Position numbers and translations under genes: made by a program. Shown in pieces: positions 58,613 to 64,000 of a stretch of 64,000 nucleotides of DNA; the first letter of the stretch is position 1; each line of letters begins with the position of its first letter. The notes beneath the pieces were generated by a model. That model did not search any database. It was not told the origin of the DNA and saw nothing but the letters and a program-made list of their open reading frames with translations. This stretch comes from Candidatus Aenigmatarchaeota archaeon (lineage in GTDB: Archaea > Aenigmatarchaeota > Aenigmatarchaeia > QMZP01 > QMZT01), in the NCBI GenBank assembly GCA_043808015.1, contig JAZDFI010000008.1, forward strand, positions 13,271 through 77,270. Direction: 5' to 3'.

Positions 58613-59369
58613 GTGCCAATTATTAACATGCTTAACGTTTTCATAATCAGCCTTCTGGCAGGCCTTGCCACGGCGCTCGGCGGGGCGCTGGTGCTCCATT
58701 CGAAAAAGATCGGCGACAAGACTCTTGGCTTCGGCCTGGGCTTTTCAGGCGGCGTTATGATTATCATAGCGTTTCTCAGCCTGTTATTCAAAGCAATAGA
58801 ATTCGGGACATATGCCGGCGCTGTCGTATGGTTCGTCATTGGCGCACTGATCATGCTCGTTCTCGACTTCTTCGTGCCGCACCAGTATTTCATAAAGGAA
58901 AAGCGCTTCGAAAGCGAAAAGAAGCTCAAGTTCATGAGGGTCGGCCTCCTTGTCGCTGTCGGGATGACGCTGCACAACTTCCCGGAAGGTGCCATAGTAG
59001 GGATAGGATATAACGTGATGCCTGCCTTTTGGCCTGATGCTCGCGTTCGCGATAGCCATGCACAACATACCTGAGGGCGTTGCCATCGCCATTCCGCTTC
59101 AGGCCGGCGGAATGAAAAGGAAAAAAATATTTATCATAACGCTTCTTTCAGGCCTTACGGAAACTTTCGGGGCGATGGTCGCGGCCTTGTTCCTGTCCGC
59201 GATTCCTGGCATAATACCAATAGCCCTCGCGCTGACCAGCGGCGTGATGGTTTACCTGTCCATGGACGAGCTGATACCTTTGGCGACGAAAAGCTGCAAC
59301 CCCCATTCGATAAGCATAGGGCTGATAGTCGGCATGGCCGCGGCGCTGCTTCTGGAAGCGATTGTTTAA
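58613..59369 (+). pseudogene. zupT: ZIP-family metal transporter (ZupT-like) disrupted by a 1-nt insertion near 59020
   Basis: First fragment carries HNFPEGAIVGIGYNV, second carries LMLAFAIAMHNIPEG; the two reading frames differ by +1 across atgcctgcc. Confidence 0.7.
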
Positions 59370-59382
59370 AACATCTAACGCC

Positions 59383-59994
59383 CTAGCTCTTCAGCAGGTC
59401 TTCCAGGCGTTTGTTGACAGCGTTCCAGTCGACGACGTCCCAGAATGCCTCGATGAATTTCGCGCGGTCGTTCTTGTAGTCAATGTAATACGCATGCTCG
59501 AACACGTCTATGACGAGCAGAATTCTGAACATCGGGTAGACGTTCGTGTTGTGCTTCTCTACTTGCATGATTATCGGGCGATGCGTCTGCCTGCAGAACG
59601 TCAGCGCGGCCCAGCCGCTGCCTTCGACGCTCATCGCGGCTTGAGTGAACTCTTTTTTGAAGCGCTCGAAGCTGCCGAACTCGTGATTTATGACTTCGAG
59701 TATCTTGCCGTGGGGCTGCGTCTTATTCGGAAGCGAGAGATTGCCCCAGAACAGCGAATGCATCAGGTGGCCGCCGATATGGAATGACAGTTCTTTGAGC
59801 GTCGCTTTCATGTCGGCGTCGCTGCCGTCGACGCGCGCCTTGTCCAGTTTTTGCAGTATCGCGTTCGCGCCGTTCACATACGCCTGATGATGCTTCTCGT
59901 AATGTATCTTCACCTGTTCTTCCGATAACGAGGGAGCCAGGTCACCGTAAGCAAAATTAAGCTTTGGCATTGCATAGAAGCCTTTGCCTTCCAT
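59383..59994 (-). CDS. sod: Fe/Mn superoxide dismutase
   Basis: LPxLxY...HH..HH N-terminus; D...WEHAYY C-terminal metal ligands. Confidence 0.9.
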   Translation of the reverse strand: MEGKGFYAMPKLNFAYGDLAPSLSEEQVKIHYEKHHQAYVNGANAILQKLDKARVDGSDADMKATLKELSFHIGGHLMHSLFWGNLSLPNKTQPHGKILEVINHEFGSFERFKKEFTQAAMSVEGSGWAALTFCRQTHRPIIMQVEKHNTNVYPMFRILLVIDVFEHAYYIDYKNDRAKFIEAFWDVVDWNAVNKRLEDLLKS

Positions 59995-60017
59995 AATTAC
60001 ACCTCTCTTTTAAACGA

Positions 60018-60149
60018 CTATTTCTTTTTCTTTTCTTTATCGAGCTTCATGGGCTGGCCGCAGCATACCAGCGTGCCTGCGCCGTTCTCGACGACTTTCA
60101 CGACGTTGCCGCATATGAGGCATCTGTAAGTTTCCCCTACTTTTGTCAT
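60018..60149 (-). CDS. Desulforedoxin-like small Fe(Cys)4 protein, 43 aa (not in the ORF track)
   Basis: MTKVGETYRCLICGNVVKVVENGAGTLVCCGQPMKL matches the desulforedoxin consensus [27 protein letters not shown]. Confidence 0.6.
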   Translation of the reverse strand: MTKVGETYRCLICGNVVKVVENGAGTLVCCGQPMKLDKEKKKK

Positions 60150-60183
60150 ACCTATCACTTTCCCCTTAATTATTTTTTGCTGG

Positions 60184-60471
60184 TCATTTTATTTTCATGA
60201 AAAGGCCGCACCAGCAGCGTCCTTCGTCTGCCCATATATCCTGCGCCTTGAAGTTGCAGGGACATATTAGTTTTAAGTCCCCGTCCTTAGTTCCGTCCCT
60301 CAGCCTGCACGGGCAGAGTTTAATGCCGTATTTCTTCTCGTTCACCCTGAGTCCTTTGAAAATCAGGCCCACGTGATTTTTGTCCGGGTTGAGCGCGAAG
60401 TCTTTTTTGTCGGCGAACTTGTTCCAGAGTGTGATCATATTCTCAAGTTCCGATACCTCGCCGCGCGTCAT
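60184..60471 (-). CDS. Ferredoxin:thioredoxin reductase catalytic-subunit-like protein (FtrB family)
   Basis: CPCR...CPC...CWC spacing as in the FTR catalytic subunit (CPC...CPC...CHC). Confidence 0.6.
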   Translation of the reverse strand: MTRGEVSELENMITLWNKFADKKDFALNPDKNHVGLIFKGLRVNEKKYGIKLCPCRLRDGTKDGDLKLICPCNFKAQDIWADEGRCWCGLFMKIK

Positions 60472-60989
60472 TTTTTCAGGCGCTCCTCCGACAGATGGAG
60501 ATGGTCAGTCTCGATTTCAACCAGCGACTGGAATATCTCCTTCACCCGAGGATTCGTCGCTTCTCCGGCGGCCCTGCTGTAAAATTCGATAGCATTCGTC
60601 TCCCTCGTGTGCGAGTCTTCCAGGTTCTCGCGATTCGCTGCGTGACACTGCTCGCTACCGTCGGGCGTCTTGACCAGTTTCAGTATCTTTCTCCATATGG
60701 CCGCGTGCTCCGCCTCTATTTTGCCCAGCGCCTTGAACAGGAGCCGTCCCTCGTCATCGTCGGTCTTGCCGGCCGCGCAGAAATAAAATGCCGCGTTGCT
60801 AACTTCAACTTTCAGCGCGTGCTCCGCATTCTCCTTGTCTTTTGCGTTGAGCTCCACGTCGAAATTCGCTTTCGCGACTTTCGCCACTTTTATGTATTTC
60901 TGGTGCGCCCCGCAGAACGGGCAGTTTTTCGGGGGCGAATCACCCACGTAAGGATCTCCGCAAATCTCGCATCTCCACAGCACTACCAT
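60468..60989 (-). CDS. Rubrerythrin (N-terminal rubredoxin-like domain plus ferritin-like diiron domain; 'reverse' rubrerythrin)
   Basis: CEICG...CPFCG rubredoxin motif; two E..H diiron motifs. Confidence 0.85.
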   Translation of the reverse strand: MVVLWRCEICGDPYVGDSPPKNCPFCGAHQKYIKVAKVAKANFDVELNAKDKENAEHALKVEVSNAAFYFCAAGKTDDDEGRLLFKALGKIEAEHAAIWRKILKLVKTPDGSEQCHAANRENLEDSHTRETNAIEFYSRAAGEATNPRVKEIFQSLVEIETDHLHLSEERLKK

Positions 60990-61008
60990 ATTATCACCAT
61001 CGATTCAA

Positions 61009-61272
61009 TTAACCATCAACTTCTTTCCTGCCGTTTTCCAGCTCCTTTATCTGCTCCTTGTCGAACTTGAGCAGCATGGTCTGGAATTCGCCCATGTGCG
61101 TCTTCTCTTCCTTCGCTATGTCCAAAAGCGTCTCCTTAAGTTTCCTGTCAGTCGCCATCGCAGCCATCTGCTCGTAAAGGTTGACGGCGTCGAGCTCGGC
61201 TATCATGCCGACTCTCGCGATCTGCCCGTCTATGTTTTCCTTGCCTATCCTCTTCGGAATGTCCGACATCAT
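61009..61272 (-). CDS. Small ferritin-like / rubrerythrin-family helical protein
   Basis: [15 protein letters not shown]...EEKTHMGEF (ExxH-type motif); annotation tentative. Confidence 0.45.
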   Translation of the reverse strand: MMSDIPKRIGKENIDGQIARVGMIAELDAVNLYEQMAAMATDRKLKETLLDIAKEEKTHMGEFQTMLLKFDKEQIKELENGRKEVDG

Positions 61273-61985
61273 ATTCCCTGCCTCCCTTTATGACCTTTTG
61301 GCTCTTCCAGTTTCTTGTGGCACAGCCACCAGTCAAAGCATTGTATTTCTCCCTTGCTAACCTGATCCTTTCTTTCGGCTATCATACTCTCGCTTCCAGC
61401 AGGCGGGACAATCACCTCGTCGCCGACAAGCTCGTTGTTCGGCCAGTTCGCAGGGCACGCCACTTTATGCGCGTCCACTGTCTGCAGTCCCTTCAGCATG
61501 CGCAATATCTCGTCCATGTTCCTGCCCAGCTCCTGCGGGTAGTAAAGCATCGCGCGAAGGGTGCCGGACGGGTCTATGAAAAACACCGCTCGCACGGTGT
61601 TCGTCCCCTTGCCAGGGTGTATCATGCCCAGCATCTCAGCTATCTTCCCCCGGTCGTCGGCTATGACCGGGAATTTTATCTCGACACTCAGCTTCTCTTT
61701 TATCCATTCGATCCATTTCAGATGGCTGAAGACCTGGTCTATGCTCAGACCCACCAGCTCCGCGCCGAGTGCCTTGAACTGGTCATAGCGCTTCTGGAAA
61801 GCGACGAATTCTGTGGTGCAGACTGGCGTGTAGTCTGCCGGATGGGAGAAAAGAACGACCCATTTCCCTTTGTAATCATGCGGAAAATTGAGCATTCCGT
61901 GCGTTGTTTTTGCCTCGAACTCAGGCACCTTTTCGCCAAGCAATGGCATTCTTGAATTTTCCATAATCCACCCCTCTTTATTCAA
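61269..61985 (-). CDS. Peroxiredoxin (AhpC/TSA family, archaeal Prx)
   Basis: [14 protein letters not shown] peroxidatic-Cys motif. Confidence 0.9.
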   Translation of the reverse strand: MNKEGWIMENSRMPLLGEKVPEFEAKTTHGMLNFPHDYKGKWVVLFSHPADYTPVCTTEFVAFQKRYDQFKALGAELVGLSIDQVFSHLKWIEWIKEKLSVEIKFPVIADDRGKIAEMLGMIHPGKGTNTVRAVFFIDPSGTLRAMLYYPQELGRNMDEILRMLKGLQTVDAHKVACPANWPNNELVGDEVIVPPAGSESMIAERKDQVSKGEIQCFDWWLCHKKLEEPKGHKGRQGI

Positions 61986-61999
61986 AATCTTTAGATGCT

Positions 62000-62260
62000 T
62001 TATAAATTTAGTTCCTTGTCTATTGCGGCCCTGTCGAAGCCGACTATAACCTTGCCGTTTATCTCTATCTGCGGCACTCCGGTAAAGCCGGATTTGGCTA
62101 TCATTTCCCTAGCTGCACTCTCGTTAGACGATACGTCTATGTCCTCGAATTTCACATTCTTGGCTTTAAGATAGTCCTTTGCCATGTGACAATAAGGGCA
62201 TGTCGGAGTCGAATATATTTTCACGCTCGCTGTTTTTTTCTTGTTTGTCATTTCAACCAC
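62000..62260 (-). CDS. Glutaredoxin
   Basis: CPYC active site; [10 protein letters not shown] motif. Confidence 0.85.
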   Translation of the reverse strand: MVEMTNKKKTASVKIYSTPTCPYCHMAKDYLKAKNVKFEDIDVSSNESAAREMIAKSGFTGVPQIEINGKVIVGFDRAAIDKELNL

Positions 62261-62325
62261 TCTCCTGTATTTTCAATATAATAAGTTACGATAAGTATAT
62301 AAATATGTTCGGATATATAAACATT

Positions 62326-62751
62326 ATGGTTCGAATTTCAAACTTAGAACTTGTAAAGTTATTGAAAGAAAATTCGCGTTCTTCGTATGTCGATATGGCC
62401 AGGCACTTCGGCGTCACCGAAACAGCCGTTAGAAAACGCGTCAAGAATCTTGAGACGATAGGCGTGATAAAAAAATACACCATAGACGTGGACCCGAAGA
62501 AAATCGGCTTTGACGTCGACACACTTATAGGCATCGACACGATGCCGGAAAAATATATCCGCGTGATGGAGAAGCTCAAGCCCATGCAAGAAGTGATGAG
62601 GCTTTGCTCATCGTCAGGAGATCATATGCTCATGATAGAGTGCTGGTTCCAGACCTCGCGCGAGTTCACGAAATTCATAAAGATGCTGGAAAAAATGGAC
62701 GGCGTTACAAAGGTCTGCCCGGCAATAATAAGCGAGAAGATGAAGTGCTAG
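62326..62751 (+). CDS. lrp: Lrp/AsnC-family transcriptional regulator
   Basis: N-terminal HTH (SYVDMARHFGVTETAVRKRVKNL); C-terminal RAM domain. Confidence 0.85.
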   Translation: MVRISNLELVKLLKENSRSSYVDMARHFGVTETAVRKRVKNLETIGVIKKYTIDVDPKKIGFDVDTLIGIDTMPEKYIRVMEKLKPMQEVMRLCSSSGDHMLMIECWFQTSREFTKFIKMLEKMDGVTKVCPAIISEKMKC

Positions 62752-62754
62752 GTG

Positions 62755-63549
62755 CTAGAGCCCCGCGCCTTTAAGCGCGCTCGCGCATGCGCACTCGCGC
62801 TCCTTTGGGAATTTGGTCACGAGCCTTTCCAGAACTTTTTTGACATTTTCCGTGCTCTTGTGCATCGCCTTTATGACTTCTTCTGCGGATACGGCGCCCT
62901 CTTTCCAGCAGTCGTAGTCAGTGACAGTCGCAATCGTCAGATAACAGATTTCCTTTTCCCTAGCCAGCGTGACTTCAGGCACGAGCGTCATGCCGATTAC
63001 GTCCGCTTTCATCATGCGCCACGCGTTCGACTCGGCTCTTGATGAAAAGCGCGGGCCGTCGATGCAGATGTACGCGCCTTCTTCGTGGTGACGCAGCTTC
63101 AGCTCTTTCAGGACTTTCATTGCGGCCGTCCTCATATCGTTACAGAACGGGTCGGCAAGCGAAACGTGCACGACTTTCGGCCCGTCGTAAAATGTAGTGA
63201 TGCGCATTTTAGTCATGTCTATGAACTGGTCCGGGATGACAATATCGCCTGGTCTCATATCCTCTTTCAAGGAGCCGACGGCGGCGATGCCTATTATTCG
63301 CTTGACGCCGAGTTTCTCGAGCGCTGCTATGTTCGCCCGGTAGTTTACCTTGTGCGGCGGTATCGAATGCGTTTCACCATGCCGGAAAATGAATGCGACT
63401 TTCACGCCCTTGCAAGTCCCGAGTATGATTTTGCTTGAAGGATTGCCGAACTGCGTGCTTACATCAACTTTCTTCACGTTCTCGAGCATGCTTTCAGAAT
63501 AAATTCCAGTCCCGCCGATGATGCCGATCTGCGCTTCCGCCATACACAT
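62755..63549 (-). CDS. mtnP: S-methyl-5'-thioadenosine phosphorylase / purine nucleoside phosphorylase
   Basis: IGIIGGTGIY...FIFRHG...GMTLVPE motifs of the MTAP family. Confidence 0.85.
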   Translation of the reverse strand: MCMAEAQIGIIGGTGIYSESMLENVKKVDVSTQFGNPSSKIILGTCKGVKVAFIFRHGETHSIPPHKVNYRANIAALEKLGVKRIIGIAAVGSLKEDMRPGDIVIPDQFIDMTKMRITTFYDGPKVVHVSLADPFCNDMRTAAMKVLKELKLRHHEEGAYICIDGPRFSSRAESNAWRMMKADVIGMTLVPEVTLAREKEICYLTIATVTDYDCWKEGAVSAEEVIKAMHKSTENVKKVLERLVTKFPKERECACASALKGAGL

Positions 63550-63673
63550 TTTTTGTTGCTGTGGCTTAAATAATCCACTTTTATCGTTTGAAAAACAAGC
63601 GAAAAATTCTTAAATCCAGATATGTTAAAATAAAGATACTTTAAAAGGAATAATGTTAATAAAATAATTGATT

Positions 63674-64000
63674 ATGACTGCCAAAGAGACTGCGAAAGAG
63701 AAGATTCTCGTCATCAGCGTAGACAGGGATAACGATGTCGGCCAGAAGACGGGCATCGAAGGCCCGATTGTCGGACGCGAGAAGGCGATAGATGCAGCCA
63801 CGAAACTCAGCGTCAAGGACCCGGAGGAAAGCGACAGCAACGCCATATTCGGCGCGGTCAAGCTTCTCGACGAGCTCGGTGAGAAGTACGAAGCGGAAGT
63901 CGCTGTCTTAACCGGCCACAAGAACAGAGGGATTGACGCTGACCGTGAAATATCCAGGCAGCTGGACCACGTCCTCGAAAAGAGGCCGAGCGATTTTGTC
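63674..64000 (+). CDS. 3'-truncated ORF, possibly a DUF373-like archaeal protein
   Basis: MTAKETAKEKILVISVDRDNDVGQKTGIEGPIVGREK...; open to the window end; family label from memory only. Confidence 0.4.
   Translation, partial: MTAKETAKEKILVISVDRDNDVGQKTGIEGPIVGREKAIDAATKLSVKDPEESDSNAIFGAVKLLDELGEKYEAEVAVLTGHKNRGIDADREISRQLDHVLEKRPSDFV

Noticed and set aside
59037-59369. Second ZIP fragment treated as an independent gene starting at ATG 59037
   Set aside because: Its frame continues upstream (LPFGLM) into the first fragment apart from one nucleotide; the two halves together form one ZupT-like protein

Overview
This window reads as a compact archaeal chromosome segment. Evidence for that: archaeal-type ThrRS and ProRS, aRF1, FEN-1, a eukaryote-like primase, r-proteins S8e/L37e/L18e, an Sm protein, Sec61beta, a 16S-tRNAAla-23S rRNA operon, and GGAGG Shine-Dalgarno motifs matching the 16S 3' end CCUCC. 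Coding density is high on both strands.

Gene content, in order along the window:
- a 5'-truncated FlaI/TadA-type pilus or archaellum ATPase with two TadC/FlaJ-like membrane proteins
- adk, ndk and a 1012-aa membrane protein
- thrS, an HDAC-family protein, a primase apparently fused to a PriL-CTD-like Cys cluster, and a DRG GTPase
- a Kef/TrkA antiporter, ksgA, a KaiC-like ATPase and fen
- two tandem PQQ beta-propeller paralogs, aRF1, and an S13-S4-S11-L3 r-protein block
- a complete pyrB-pyrI-pyrD-pyrK-pyrC-pyrE-pyrF operon
- a COG1361-like surface protein with ABC/FtsX partners, ZIP and APC transporters, and proS
- the rRNA operon, RNase P RNA, secG and an L18e-L13-S9-S10 block
- an oxidative-stress island (SOD, desulforedoxin, an FTR-like protein, rubrerythrin, peroxiredoxin, glutaredoxin)

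The most unusual layer is the stable-RNA genes. All four tRNAs (Gln, Cys, Ala, Lys) carry introns, some at non-canonical D-loop and T-loop positions. The 16S and 23S genes each carry a discrete insertion inside universally conserved sequence. An RNase P RNA is not represented in the ORF track. An exactly duplicated 81-nt GC-rich structured element has its own TATA box and oligo-T tail at both loci, which suggests a two-copy small RNA gene.

Other notable points:
- two paralogous HTH+LAGLIDADG genes sit in AT-rich islands; one is frameshifted in a T9 run and one overlaps the tRNA-Gln 5' end
- the aRF1 has GGWSQ in place of the catalytic GGQ motif
- a ZIP transporter duplicate is frameshifted

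All calls rest on motif recognition by eye. No database searches were run.
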